Positions 50,044 through 63,630 of a stretch of 64,000 bases of DNA are shown here, piece after piece; position 1 is the first letter of the stretch; each line of letters begins with the position of its first letter. Position numbers and translations under genes: made by a program. The DNA comes from Hemiscyllium ocellatum (taxonomy: Eukaryota): assembly GCF_020745735.1 (NCBI RefSeq), contig NC_083417.1, positions 14,074,001-14,138,000 on the forward strand, written 5' to 3'. The notes beneath the pieces are model-generated. The model ran no database searches, had not been told where the DNA came from, and saw nothing but the letters and a program-made list of their open reading frames with translations.

Positions 50044-51348
50044 ACAGTGCTGCTTTGCAACAAGTAGACAGTCGAATACAGTTGGTAACTTCTGAAACTG
50101 CCCTGGAATCTCCAAGAAATAAAGATTAATACCCAGGACCAATGCTGCAATTGACCTTGGAGAGGAAAGAACAACATAAAGGCATTAAGCATATTCACAT
50201 GGGAGAAGAGAATGGGCTTTGTTCAGACAGTCAAGATTGAAACAACTGGAGAACAAAAGTAGTATGTTCCAACTGGTTGCAGGAAGACCTTGGCAATTGG
50301 AGAGAGTTCCAGTGACAGGAAAGTTGGTGATATGAGTTTCTAGTAGATATCACCAGAAATTTTCTAGAAATAAACCTGCCAAGAGTTTGCAACTCTCCCC
50401 TTGTCAGCTCGTATGAACCATTCATAATGATTGTATACTCAGGGTCAAGAAGTTCTGCTGTGTCTCTTTATGGTACTGAACAGGCCAATTCTTGATGCAC
50501 AGATCTTTGACTAAAAAGGGCAGGGCATCCCATGTTGCAATGGGATCAGAGTGCAGGATTTTCTTCCTTTTCTTTCCTTCTCTGCTGCACTCTGCCTCAT
50601 CCTTAAGCGACTCAAAACATGATGTAGCTGGATGGACAAGTTGTCATCATTTTGTATGATTAGTATCAAGCTCTTCCCAGTCATTTACTTTGCCATCTCC
50701 TGAAACATTAGCTTGTATTTATGAAGCCAGCTCTTCAGGCAAAACTCCTACACAATCAACTTCACATGATATGGTGGCTGGATAGCCAAAAATCATTTTC
50801 CCGGCCAGATCCTGTTTCCTAAGTACTCAGAAAGCTATTTTATAGACACATAAGGAGGATGAGTAGGACATTTCGTCCCTTGAGCCTGCTGTGCCATTTA
50901 CTGAGATCAGAGCTAATCTTCCAGATCAACTCCACTTTCCTGCTTTTTTTCTATTTCACTTAATTCCCTTGGTGTGTAAGCATGTATTGATCAGTCTTGG
51001 GAACAGTGAATGGCTGAACATTCATGAGCAGAGAGTCGCAAAGCTTCTCAACCCTCCGTCCAAAATGGCCAATCCCATAACCTGAAACAATGACTTCCAC
51101 CTTCAGCCAGAGGAAACAAGCTCTGTAACCATCTTAGAGTTTTACACCTCTTTGTGGAATCATCTCTGATTCTTCTAAACTCCAGAGAATAGAGGAACCA
51201 TCCAAGTGAGTCTCTCCTGACAGGACAGCCATCTTACATCAGGAATTAATCCTGTGATTTTTTTTTACGGCACTATCTGTAAGGCATCTTTACTCTTCTT
51301 AGGCAAGGAGACTAAACTCTGTACGCAGTACACCAAGCGTGGTCATAA

Positions 51349-53872
51349 AGTCACAGTCATGCAGCATGGAAACAGACCCTTCAGTCCAACCAGTCCATGG
51401 GGAACATAATCCCAAACTAAACTAATCCCACCTGGCTCCTCCTGGTCCATATCCCTCCAGACCTATTCATGTATCCATCTAAATGTCTTTTAAACATTAT
51501 GATTGTAACCCTTTCCACTACTTGCATATGCAAACCACCCTCTGTGTAAAACATTTGCCACTTTATGTCTTTTTTAAATCTCTCTCCTCTCACCTTAAAA
51601 ATGTACCTTTTTAAAAATAGACTACACCTCTTCCCATCCCAACTCCTGTAAAAATGCCATCCCTTATTCCCAATTCCTCCGCTTCCGCTGCATCTGTTTC
51701 CAGGATGACCAATTCTATCTCAAAAAGTCCCAGATGGCCTCCGTCTTCCACAATCACAACTTCCCTTCCCATATGGTTGACGATGCCCTCCAGCTCATTT
51801 CCTCCACTTCACACACCATCGACCTTGAACCCCACCCCTCCCAATGCAACAGGAACAGAACCCCCACCCCCCCATCCTCACCTTCCACCCCACCAACCTC
51901 CGCATACATTGCATCATCCTCCGTCACTTCTGCCACCTCCATTGGGACCCCACCACCAAAGATATATTTCCCTCACTACCTTTAACAGTGCTCCGGAGAG
52001 ACCATTCCCTCGGCAACTCCCTCGTCAGGTCCACGCCGCTCCTCCACCAGCTGACACCCCACTCCTGGCAACTTTTCCTGCCACCGCAGGAAGTGCAAAA
52101 CCTGGACCCACTCCACTCCCATCACTTCTGTCAAAAGCCCCAAGGGATCCTTCTACATCCGTCAGAAATTTACCTGTACCTCTACCAATGTCACCTACTG
52201 CATCCGTTGCACCCAGTGTGGTCTCCTCTACATCGGAAAGACAGGACGCCTTCTTGTGGATCGTTTCAGAGAACATCTCTGGGACACCTGCAGCCACCGA
52301 CCCTATGGCTGAACACTTCAACTGTCCCTCCCACTCCATCAAGGACATGCAGGTCCTGGGCTTCCTCCACCACCAAACCATTACCAACTGACGCCTGGAG
52401 GAAGAATGCCTCATATTCTGCCTTGGGACCCTGTAACCACACGGAATTAACGTGGATTTCACTAGCTTCCTCATTTCCCCTCCTCCCACATTATCCTAGT
52501 CCCAAGCCTCCAACTCAGCACCACCCTCCAGACTTGTCCTTCACTCCCCCCCTCTGACTTATCACCTTCTCCCTCACTTTCATCCACCTATCGCTTTCTC
52601 AGCTACCTTCCCCCCCCCCAAACCCAAGCCCCACCCCACCCCCCACCCCCTTCCAATCCCATTTATTTCTCAGCCCCGGCCCACAAGCCTAATTCCTGAT
52701 AAAGGGATTATGCCCAAAACGTCGATTCTCCTACTCCTTGGATGCTGCCTGACCTGCTGTGCTTTCCCAGCAACACATTCTCGACTCTGATCTCCAGCAT
52801 CTGCAATCTTCACTTTCTCATCCTTAAAAGTGTACCCCCTAGGCTAGAAATTCCTCGTCCTAGGAAAAAGATAACTATCCTTCAATCCAATCAATACCTC
52901 TCATTATTTTATTAACTTCTATCAGATCGCCTCTCAACCTCCTATGGTCCAATGAAAAAGGTCCCAGCCAAACCAGGCTTTCTTTATATTTCAGACCTTC
53001 CATACCCAGCAATTTCCTGGTAAATCTCTTCTGAACCCTCTTCAGCTTGAGAATATCTCTCCGACAACTGGGTGACCAGAACTGGACACAGTATTCCAGA
53101 AGAGGCCTCATCAATGTCCTGAACAACTGTTTGTGTCAGGAAACCTTCCTGCGCAAATTGGAGAAAAATGGACCCATCAAAAGTACTCGAACTATAGCAT
53201 TTCCAGTCACTATTTGGAAAGTTAAAAAGCCCCATAACAATTACCCTGTTACTTTTGCTGAGAATCATCTTTTCAATCCTTTCCTTTCCATTTCTGGAAC
53301 TTTTTTGGAGGCCGATAGAAAACCCTCACAGGATCATCTCTTATTTCCTGTTTCTAACCTCAGCCCATACTACTTCAGTAGACGAGTCCTCATCAAATAT
53401 CGTTTCTACACCGTAATACTGTCCTTGACTAACAATGCTACACCTCCCCCTCCTTTACCACCTTCACTGTTCTGACTGAAACATCTAAACCCTGGAACCT
53501 GCAACACTATTCCTGTCCCTGCTCTATCCATATCTTGAAAATGGGCCACAACATTGAAGTCCCAGGTACCAACCCAGGCTGCAAGTTCACACACCTTTTT
53601 ACGTATCCTGTAGATACACTTCAAACCACCTTCCTGCCTGCCGGGACACCCCTGTGACCTTGAAATCTTATTTATGACCTCATTACTTTCAACCTCCTGT
53701 ACACTGGAGCTAGGTTCCCATCCCCCAACCGAATTAGTTTAAACCCTCCTGAAGAGCTTTAGCAAATATCTCCTCCCTCAGGATATTGGTACTCGTCTGG
53801 TTCAGGTGTACACTCCCATTTGTAGAGGTCCCACCTACCTCAGAATGAATGCCACTTATCCAGGTATCTGAA
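51349..53872 (-). mobile_element. CR1 LINE with large internal deletion, interrupted by a PLE
   Basis: APE region (53130-53640) joined directly to the ORF2 C-terminus (RPLLEYCVQFWSPS); 3' UTR at 51349-51607. Confidence 0.85.
51608..52821 (+). mobile_element. Penelope-like element (Neptune-type), 5'-truncated (family A)
   Basis: DYTSSHP..CKNAIPYSQFLR thumb, CHRRKCKT linker, VTYCIRCTQCGLLYIGKTGR; degenerate hammerhead 52692-52727; 15-bp TSD ccttaaaaatgtacc / ccttaaaagtgtacc. Confidence 0.93.
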
Positions 53873-53875
53873 TCT

Positions 53876-54898
53876 AGCTGAATTGGCTACAAGAAGACAG
53901 AGGGTGGTGGTTGATGGGAAATGTTCATCATGGAGTTTGGTTACTTGTGGTGTACCACAAGGATCTGTTTTGGGGCCACTGCTGTTTGTCATTTTTATAA
54001 ATGACCTGGATGAAGGCAGAGAAGGATGAGTTAGTAAATTTGCAGATGACACTAAAGTCAGTGGAATTCTGGACAGTATGGAAGGATGTTTCAAGTTACA
54101 GAGGGACATAGAAAAGCTCCAGAGCTGGGCTGAGTGGTAGCAAATAGAGTTTAAAGAGGAAAAGTGTGAGGTGATTCACTTTGAAAGGAGTAACAGGAAT
54201 ACAGAGTACTGGGCTAATGGTAAGATTCTTGGTAGTGTGGATGTGCAGAGCGATCTTGGTGTCCATGTACATAGATCCCTGAAAGTTGCCACCCAGGTTG
54301 ATAGGGCTGTTAAGAAGGCATGTTGGCTTTTCTTGGTAAAAGGATTGAGTATTGGAGCCATGAGGTCATGTTGCAGCTGCTTAAAATTCCGGTGCAGCCG
54401 TACTTAGAGTATTGTGTGCAATTCTGATTGCAGCATTATAGGAAGGATGTGGAAGCGTTGGAAAGAGTGAAGAGGAGATTAACCAGAATGTGGCCTGGTA
54501 TTGAGGGAAGGTCTTATGATGAAAGGCTGAGGGACTTGAGACTGTTTTCAATAGAGATAAGAAGATTAAGAGGTGACTTAATAGAGACATAAAAGATGAT
54601 CAGAGGATTAGATAGGGTTCACGGTGAGAGCTTTATTCCTCAGATGGTGATAGCTAGCATGAGGGGACATAGCTTTAAATTGAGGGGAGATAGAACAGAT
54701 GTCAGAGGTAGTTTCTTTACTCAGAGAGTAGTAAGGGCATGAAACACCCTGCTGGCAACAGTAGCAGAATCACCAACTTTAAGGGCATTTAAATGGTTTT
54801 TGGATAGAAATAGATGACAATGTAATAATGTAGGTTAGATGAGCTTCAGATTTACACAGGTTGGCGCAATATTGAGGGCTAAAGGGCCTGTACTGCGT
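53876..54898 (+). mobile_element. CR1 LINE RT to 3' UTR
   Basis: [10 protein letters not shown] and KFADDTK coding sequence; same subfamily as 47372-48648. Confidence 0.9.
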
Positions 54899-57210
54899 TC
54901 AACCTCAACATGGCTCCCCAATTCCTATAATCAAAAGGCTGACGCAAACTTCAAAGAATTATGTACCTGTACCCCTTGGTTCCTCGGTTCTACAATACTA
55001 CCCAAGGCCCTATCATTAATTGTATAAGCCCTGCCCTTGTTTGTTGTACCAAACTTCATCTGCTATTTTTCAGCCCATTAACACATTTGATCAAGATCCC
55101 TTTGTAATCTTCGAAAGTCCTCTTCACTGTCTACATTGCCACCAATTTTGCAAACTTACTAACCATGCCTTCTATATTCTCATCCAAATCATTTCTATAA
55201 ATGTCAAACAAAAGAGGACGCAGAATCGATCCCTGTGGAACACCGCTGGTCACAGGTCCCCCAATCCGAAAAACAACCCTCGACCATTACTCGCTGTCTC
55301 CTGTCATAAAGCCAATTATCTATTCAATTGGCAAGCTCACCCTGCGACTGACCTGTACGAATTAGTCTACCATGCACAACCTTGTCAAAGGCTTTACTAA
55401 AGTCTAAATAAACAATATCTACTGCTCTGCCATCATCAAAGCTTTTAGTAACTTCCCCAAAAAACTCAATCAAGTTTGTGGGACATGACTTTCCTCGCAC
55501 AAAACCATGCTGACTATTCTTAACTTTTGCTTTTCTAAGTGTCCATAAATCCGATCTTTTATAATCACCTCCAATGATTTGCCCACAACCAAAGTCAGAC
55601 TCACATGACTATAGTTCCACAATTTCTCTTTACAAGCTTTTTTAAACAAAGATACCACATTAGCCACCACACTTCTGCAAGGGGTTTCGTAATTTCCTCT
55701 CTTACCTCCCACAACATTTTGGGATACATTAAATTTATCCACCTTTACATGCTCTAAGACCTCCCAAAGCTTCTCTTATGTAATGTGAACTGTTTTTAGA
55801 ACATCAAAGATTATTTCTCTGCATTCTCTAGACTCCATTTCTTTCTTCACAGTAAAAATTGATGCAAAATATTCATTTAGAATCTCTCCCATCTCCTGGG
55901 GTTCAACACAAAGATAGCCTCCTTGATCTTTAAGAGATCCCACCCTCTCTCTAGTGATTCTCTTGCTCTTAATGTATTTGTAGAATCTCTTTGGGTTATC
56001 CTTAATCTTATCTACCAATGCTCTCTCACATCCCTCTTTGCCTTCCCGATTTCTCTCTTAAGAGTGCCCTTAAACTCTTTATTATTGATTAAGAGATTCA
56101 TTTGAACCAATTATTTATATCTAAAATAAGATTATTTTACTCTTGACTAGAACCTCAGTATCTTTATTCATCCATCGTTCCTTAATCTTACCAGCATTCA
56201 CTCCAACAGGAGCATAATGCCTCTGAACAATCATCCTCACACTCTTGAACACCTCCCATTTGTCAGGCATCCTTTTACCTGGGAGTAGTCTACTCCAATC
56301 AATTTTTGAAAGTTCTTGTCTCATGCCATTAAAATTTGCCTTACTCCAATTAAAAAGCGTTAACTTTTATGGAAGGCTTATCCTTTTCCATAACTACTTT
56401 GAAATTAATAGAATTATGAACACTGGACCCTAAGTGTTCTCGCTCTTTTACTTCATTCACCTGCCCTGCCTTTCTGTCCCAAAGGAAGGTCTAATTTTGC
56501 TCCTTTTCTTGTAGGAGTGTACATATATTGATAAAGAAAATTTTCTTGAACACATTTGGCAAATTCTTCACCATCCAAACCTTTAACACTGTGGCAGTCC
56601 CAGTCAATGTTTGGAAAATTAAAATCCCCCATTATTACAACCTTATTATGATAACATATGTCTTGAGATCTCCCTACATATTTGTTTCTCAATTTCTGTC
56701 TTACTATTGGGGGGCTCTATAGTACAATCCTATTAAAGTGATCTTTCCTTTTTTATTTGGAATTTCCACACATATTTCGTCACTGGACGATTTTTTAGAA
56801 TATCGCCCGTCATTACAGCAATAATGTGTTCTTTACCCTCCTCCCCGGCCGCCTTTTCTATCCATCCTATAGCATCTAAAACTCAGAACAGTGAGCTGCC
56901 AGTCTTGTCCATCTCTCAGCCAGGTTTCTGGAATAGCTATGACACCTTAATCAGTTCATCAGCCTTACCCGTAAGACCCCCTTGCATTGAAATAAATGCA
57001 ATTCAGTCCTTCAGAGTTACTAAATACTCTGACTTTCTCTTGTCTTTCTTTTCTAATTGATGTGCGTGCTCTCCTCACATTCAGAACCATCCCCATCGAT
57101 GTTTTTGTTAACACTGCTACTTAGAATTCCTTCACACCCCCTGCCTATCAGTGTAAAGTTTCCTTTTAATGGAATAAGCAAATCTCCTTGCTAAGATATT
57201 GGGGTCTCAC
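54899..57210 (-). mobile_element. Older CR1 LINE (APE-RT), degraded
   Basis: MGDFNFPNIDWDC, NPKRFYKYIKSKR and NYSHVSLTLVVGK fragments. Confidence 0.88.
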
Positions 57211-59604
57211 CCAAGACAATAAAAGATAGTGCTATCAGCCACACGCAACTGAAATGCAACACCTTTGCAAATTTCCTGTATAGTTAAAGATCTTCCTATG
57301 TCTGAATAAATATGGCCAGGTTATCCACAGCATAGTGATTGTTTTGCAGCAGTCAGTATTAGCTAAAGAGCATCTTTCCAGGCTGCATTCAGAACTGGCT
57401 TTGATCAGACATTGTTTATCTTGCAGTGACCAAGGTTGACACCATACCAGATTTACTGTCAATCAGTTTTGGGTGTTTCATGACTAACTGGTGGCAAATG
57501 GGCTGCACAAGATGTCGGCAGGAGGCGGTTCATTTGCATTTTAGTCATCAGATCCGGGGGAAGTTTGTCGACATTTATCTCAGATTCTGAAAGCTTGATC
57601 AGCAAAGGGTGTTAAGATTCACTGACAGTAAATAGCTAATTTTGTTTCCGTTGTGTTGACAAATCACGAAAAATTCTGAACTGACTAAGGCTGAGAAATG
57701 ACAGATCTTTAGGCCGTGAGGTGAATTCTGCAGTCCTATGCACGGTCCAAAGGAACAAAAGGACTTGAGAATGATGATAATGACTCGGAGTTGCGCCTAA
57801 AATACTTCCTAACAAATACAAATTATTATTATCTGGTTCCATCAACCAGAGTCAAACTTGGCAAGAAATTAACTTCCATTATTGCTTCAACTTCAGAATG
57901 AAAAGCTTGTGAAAACAAAAAGAAATCGCTGTTGGACATTTTCTGACTTCACAGCCTATGGGCTACTTCTATGCAGAATTCCTAATATACATCATTTATT
58001 GAAAACTAAGAACTAGACTGAGCAATTGAAAGGCTGTTTTCACCATTTACTCCTTGAAATGTTTGCTCCTAAGGTCTTTTATCTTGCCCAAGCTGTCTGG
58101 GCTGAGACCAGATACAAACTCTTCAACCATTGCAACTTCAGAGCCAAATCTAGCCTAATTCCTCCTAATGCTCCAGGAACATGCTTTTCCAATAGGAATG
58201 AGGAAGAAACATTTGCATTTCTATGGCTCATTTCATGACTACGGGAGCTCCTGAAGCACTTCACCGACAATGAATGGCCACCACCAAATTCTCCAGGGCA
58301 ATTAGCAATGGGCAACGAATGTTGACTTAGCCAACAATGCCCTGCATGACATTAAGAATGTTCTGTACTCCCAGTACCAATATGGATGATTATCTCCTTT
58401 CATCCCTAATGTCAATGGCTTTTAATCAGAGTTTGAGTGAGGGAAACAGAAAGACAGCAATCTCTGCTAACTTTAACTGTCCGAGAGAAATAATCTAAGA
58501 CAACTCATCACTTCATTGATTACAAGACCTGTATTTTTTTTTGCTATTAATGATCAGGGACATTTAAACTTACTTATTTTTGCTGGATCAGCATGAATGA
58601 ACCCCTCTCAAGTCAGAACTGTCAGACATTCTGAAGATGTTTGCGAGAGCCATTCAAGACAAGAGAGATGAACTAGAACCATTGGGAACCACTCCAGGAA
58701 ACTGGCAAATATCTACTTCTCAAATTCAGACAGAAGTGGGACACAGGCTCATATTTAGGGAATGGAATCTTAGCACACCATATCACACCCTAGCACAATG
58801 GTCTCAGTCCAGCGATATCTGGATCCTGGACCCAACACACTAACGGTGGACTACTCTGCTCTCTTTGCTATTTCTCTGTGATGCTCCTGTTTGCATCTAT
58901 TTGCAAATGGTAATCCAATGCTGACATCTCAGTGGCAAACAACATTCACAAGTACACTCTCTGAAGAAAACATAGGAGGAAGAATTAAACAGTTATTAAA
59001 GTTGCAAGACATCAGGGTTTCCAAATGCTGTGTTTCTGTCCAACGCCACCACCAGGTGGAGTAAGGCATAATCATGCATTAAGTTGGAATATTGCTTTGG
59101 TTTGATGCACAAATAATGACAATTCCTTCCACAAGGAAAGGGAATCCAGCCAACAGGAATGATTGTTATTTCACGATCAATCTGTTCAGTATCAGCTGCA
59201 GTGGCTATTAATGAATAACCAGGACATCCAACAAGTGTACAATATGCAGCTGCCAAATGAACTTGGGAATCAGAAGCAACATATAATTGACCATTCAGCC
59301 CATCAAGTAGCCACACTCATAACAACCACTAAACGCGTGCTCATCCCAATTTCCTGCACTTGTTCCATATACTTGAACATTATGTTATTTGAAGTGCTCA
59401 TCCAAATTTTTTTTCAAAAGTTTCCAACTTCCACTATCGTCCCAGGCAGTGCATTCCAGATTCCCCACCACCACCCACTGAGTGAAAAGTATTTTTTCCA
59501 AATCTCCTCTGAATCTCCTGCCCCTTACCCTATTACTGTGACCTCTCATGAAATAGCTGCTTTCTCTTCACCCTGCCCATGCCCCTCAATCATAGCCCCC
59601 TTGG

Positions 59605-59795
59605 AGTTTGGTTGGTTAGTTCAGTTGGCTGGTTTGTCATGCAGACCAATGCCAAGAGCATGGGTTCAATTCCGGCACCATCTGACATCACACTGAAGGT
59701 CCCACCTTCTCAACCTCACCTTTCACCTTTCACCTGCAGCATGGTGACCCTCAAGTTAAACTCACTTAAAGTCATCTCTCTGGATCTATGGGGAC
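59605..59795 (+). mobile_element. tRNA-derived SINE, family of 34285-34500
   Basis: ggttagttcagttgg A-box and gggttcaattcc B-box. Confidence 0.68.
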
Positions 59796-60229
59796 TTGAC
59801 ATGAATGGATGGATCATGGCGCCCACTTTAAATGTTGGTGTTCTGTCTCAGCATTGATAATGTTTACTCCATTTCAAAATACAATATTTAGACTGGGCTA
59901 ACATTACTCTTGAGGCAAGGGAAGGATTCTGTGGGGAAAAAAACTCTTTCTTTAATGTATTCTGATTTAAACCAATCCTTTTCATGTCCATTGTTTCTGG
60001 AGAGCCCTGAATGCAGCTTAAAGCAGCATCACTGATATTTGCCTTAAAATGTCTTTTAGGAATCAATGGTAGTTTCACAGCACCCATTACTCTGATTAGC
60101 TTTCAATTCCATATCTATGAACTGAATTCAAATTCCACCAGGAGACTTGAACCATTACCACCAGACCATGAGATTACAAGTTGAGTGACATTGCCACAGC
60201 ATTACCATATCTCCAACTTTAAGACAAGT

Positions 60230-60600
60230 TCCCAAAACTTGAGCAACGTTGTGAAAGGAGGAAGAGTTTAGGGAGGGAATTCTGGTGCTGTTGAGGCTAG
60301 ACCACTGGAGGCATTACTGCCAAAGAAGGGCAAAAAGAATCAGAGGAAAACACGAGGTTGGAATTGGAGGAGAGCAGGGATCTTAAGGATTGCAAAGCTG
60401 TTAGATACCAGAGCCAAGGTGGGGCATGAACATGGAGGATTTGGAGCTCTAGGGTGTAAGTGCCCGTGTTGATAGGTGAGCAGGACATTGTTGTGAGTAA
60501 GGATACAAGCAGCAGAGTTTTGGATAAAATTAGAAGCTGAAACAGGCTGCTGTGTGAGAGATACCTCTGGGTCAGTGACATGTATTGTCCATGACAGATA
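60230..60600 (-). mobile_element. L2-like LINE fragment
   Basis: IQNSAACILT remnant. Confidence 0.55.
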
Positions 60601-61109
60601 TCCCAATCTGCTCAAATGTAAGTGTCACCACAGTGGCATGTAACCCTGACTACACTTTTCCTCTTCAGGAAAATTGCTTGGAAATGTCACTGAGTGTGAC
60701 CTTTCAACAGAATGGTGTTTGTCAGTGTGTCCCTCAGCAGTGAGCAACACTGTTCTGAGAATGTTGAATTTGTTCTCTGCCTCTAGTTGCCTCAAGTTAA
60801 AACTGAAGAGCTTACCAGGACCTCTTCAGAGTGCATCATAGTCATGTAAATGTGGGGCTTGAATAACAAGGAAGTGGCTACCTATGCCTGAAAATCTGCA
60901 TGTACTTGGCTTTTTTTTCTCTGAAAATCGACAACCTTGTAGTTCTTTTACTGAGTCAAGCTTTACATTTCTAGTTTTATTTAAAAATGAATTTAAATTG
61001 ACAAACTTCTCATGCTGGGATTTGAACTCACATCAATCAGGATTACTTGCCTATAAACCTGACAATGACATCAGCATACCCCCACTATTTAGAACAAATT
61101 TTCTTATTT

Positions 61110-61440
61110 CGTGGTTCCAGTGGCAAAGCAGCTTTTGCCCATTTGTAATTGCCCCTAAAAAGATGAGAGTGAGATTTGAACTGCTGACCTCCATCTGGTG
61201 TGGGTACATCCACAGTGCAGGCAAGCAAGTAGATCAAGGGTATTGAAGGAATGGTGATACAGATCCAAGTCAGGATGATGTGTGACTTTCTTGGGAACCT
61301 CTAAGTGGTGGTATTTCCATGTCGCTGTTGCCCTTGCCCTTCTAGGTAAAAGTTTACTGATTGGAAGGTGCTATTGAAGAGGCTTGGCAAGTTGTTGCAA
61401 TGCATCTTGTATGTGGTACACATTACATCCACAATATGCA
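61110..61440 (-). mobile_element. Old LINE 3' fragment
   Basis: Similar to 26910-27400. Confidence 0.6.
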
Positions 61441-61462
61441 TATAGTAGAGTCATTGCTGCAT

Positions 61463-61762
61463 TGGGCGGCACGGTGGCTCAGTGGTTAACACTGCTGCCT
61501 CACAGCACCATAAACCCAGGCTTGATTCTAATCTCAGGTGACTGTCAGTGTGGAGTTTTCATTCTTCCAGAGTCTGTGTGGTGTTCCAATTTCCTCCCAC
61601 AGTCCAAAGATGTGCAGGTTAGCCATGCTAAATTACCCACAATGTCCAGGGATGTGCAGACTAGGTGGGCTAGCCTAGGGGAATGCAGAATTACAGGGAT
61701 AGGGTATTGGGGGTAAGTCTGGGTGGGATGCTTTTTGGAGGGATGGTGTGGACTCAATCAGG
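61463..61762 (+). mobile_element. HE1-like V-SINE
   Basis: gggcggcacggtggctcagtggtta head and V-domain. Confidence 0.88.
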
Positions 61763-61767
61763 CTGTC

Positions 61768-61934
61768 AACCACCTGATGAAGGAACAGCGTTCTGAAAGC
61801 TGGTGCTTCCAATTAAACCGGTTGAACTATAACCTGGTGTTGTGTGATTTTTAACTTTGTACACCCCAGTCCAATACCGGCATCTCCAAATCATGACTGC
61901 TGGACTATAACCTGGTGTTGTGTGATTTTTAACA
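61768..61934 (+). mobile_element. Family B PLE end with hammerhead (61771-61805) and partial tandem repeat
   Basis: cac CTGATGA a ggaac-agc-gttct GAAA GC TG gtg; actataacctggtgttgtgtgatttttaac occurs twice. Confidence 0.85.
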
Positions 61935-63314
61935 TTGAATATCAAGGAGATGGTTAGAATCATTCTTGTTGAAGATAGTTATTGCCTAGCAGTTGGGTAG
62001 TGTGCATGTTATTTAAATAATATGATTGTTTTTACATTGGCTGCCTGGGAAGACCATGCTCATGGAAATGACTGTTCATAGCCTGTGAAAACAAACAGCA
62101 AGTGATGGAAATTCAATTTAAGTTCAAAACAGATGGCATCTCAGGCCGGTTATATGCTCTCTTCCATGAAAGTTAATAGAACTGACTAACAGATGGGGTA
62201 TCTAAATATCGGTAGCCAATGCAATACTGCCTGATTTCATTTACTGTTTCAGTCAAATGTATTTTCTTTGCACATCTTTAGACCAAAGACAGGGTGTATC
62301 ACAGCTCAGCTTGATCCTGGCAGCTTTTAGCTAGAGTTACTGGAAGGTGATCAAGAATGGAAATGCTGGTTAGCTTTTTTACCCCCTTCCAGTCTCTTAC
62401 TGTAGTTTTTTTGGGGCTTATCCTCTGCCACATTCTCATAACCATTTGGCACAGGTCAAATGCTGAGTTTGAGGCTTCCCAGCCAAATGTCTGTGGGCCA
62501 TATGGTGAGTTGATCAATAGGACATTTAGGGGATTAATAAGAAATTGAGATTTTATTACCAACATGGCAACAACTTGAAAAATTGACGAGAAAACTGATA
62601 TATGCTCCCTGCTGGAAAGTTAGTAGTTAACTAAAGGTCAAGTCTCAGCTAACAGTGTAAATATTTCCACGTGAAACTGAATTGATAATTCATATGTCAC
62701 AATTGTGCCTAGATCATGGTTAACCTCACAAATGGAGATACTTATAATCACACTGCTGGCCGTAACATTCTATTTATAGCACTTGAAAACCAAAGAAATG
62801 GATTAGTTTTAATGTGTATTTTTAGCTGAAAAAAAATCAATTTGATGCTATTCCATCACTCTGAAGTTCTGCCAGTGGAAATTTTATTTTTGTTTCAGCC
62901 GATATCTTTCCACATGAAAGTTATAATGTGGAATTATATTATGCAGTTTTTACAACATTGGTTCCTGTAGTCATTCATATTGTGGTTCATAATAGTTCAT
63001 GTCAGGTCAGTGAAAAAGCCACATCACATCATTAGTTCCTAATCAGCTTCATGTGAATCAAATGCATTTCAGCAGAAACATTAGAAAGTGTATTTTAAAA
63101 AAAGACTCAACATAGAAAATGGGATTTCTTACCAAGCCAATCTGGCTGACAAAGGACACTTTTACAAAGTGTCAATAGTTGGAAGAAAGCTTGTCCTCAT
63201 TTGTGAGGACATCCTCAATTTTTAAGCATTCCTTGAGATGAGACGGGTAAGCAGTTTCCTCAGATATTAAGATCATTGATCCATGACTTGTTCCATGGAC
63301 CTGAAACCATATTG

Positions 63315-63630
63315 GAGATATTTATTATTCGGATGTTTCATTACACACTTTGGAGTAGATGATACTTGAACCCAGGCTTCCTGGCTCAGACATAGGGACA
63401 TTACCACTGCACACAAAGGAACAGCACAGGAGGCTGTGGAGGCCAGGTCTTTGAGTGTACTTAAAACAGAGATAAATAAGTTTTTGATTGCCAAAGGGCT
63501 CAAAGGTTACAGGGAGAAAGCGGGAAAATGGGATTGAAAAACCTATCAGCTGTGATTGAATGGTGGAGCAGATTCGATGGTCCGAATGACCTAATTTTTG
63601 CACCAAGTCTTATGGATTTATGGTCTTATA
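63315..63630. mobile_element. Short tRNA-like SINE (-, ~63315-63415) abutting a CR1 3' end (+, 63426-63630)
   Basis: Minus gcagtggtaatg...gggttcaagt; plus CR1 3' UTR with (ttatggt)n-like tail. Confidence 0.6.

Noticed and set aside
51654-52557. 245-aa and 237-aa ORFs as intact proteins
   Set aside because: Mostly off-frame readings of a frameshifted PLE.
59163-59696. 177-aa ORF
   Set aside because: Spans an antisense CR1 3' remnant and a SINE head; no domain recognised.
61463-61540. tRNA gene
   Set aside because: tRNA-like SINE head followed by a V-domain; no full cloverleaf. The same applies to the other SINE heads.
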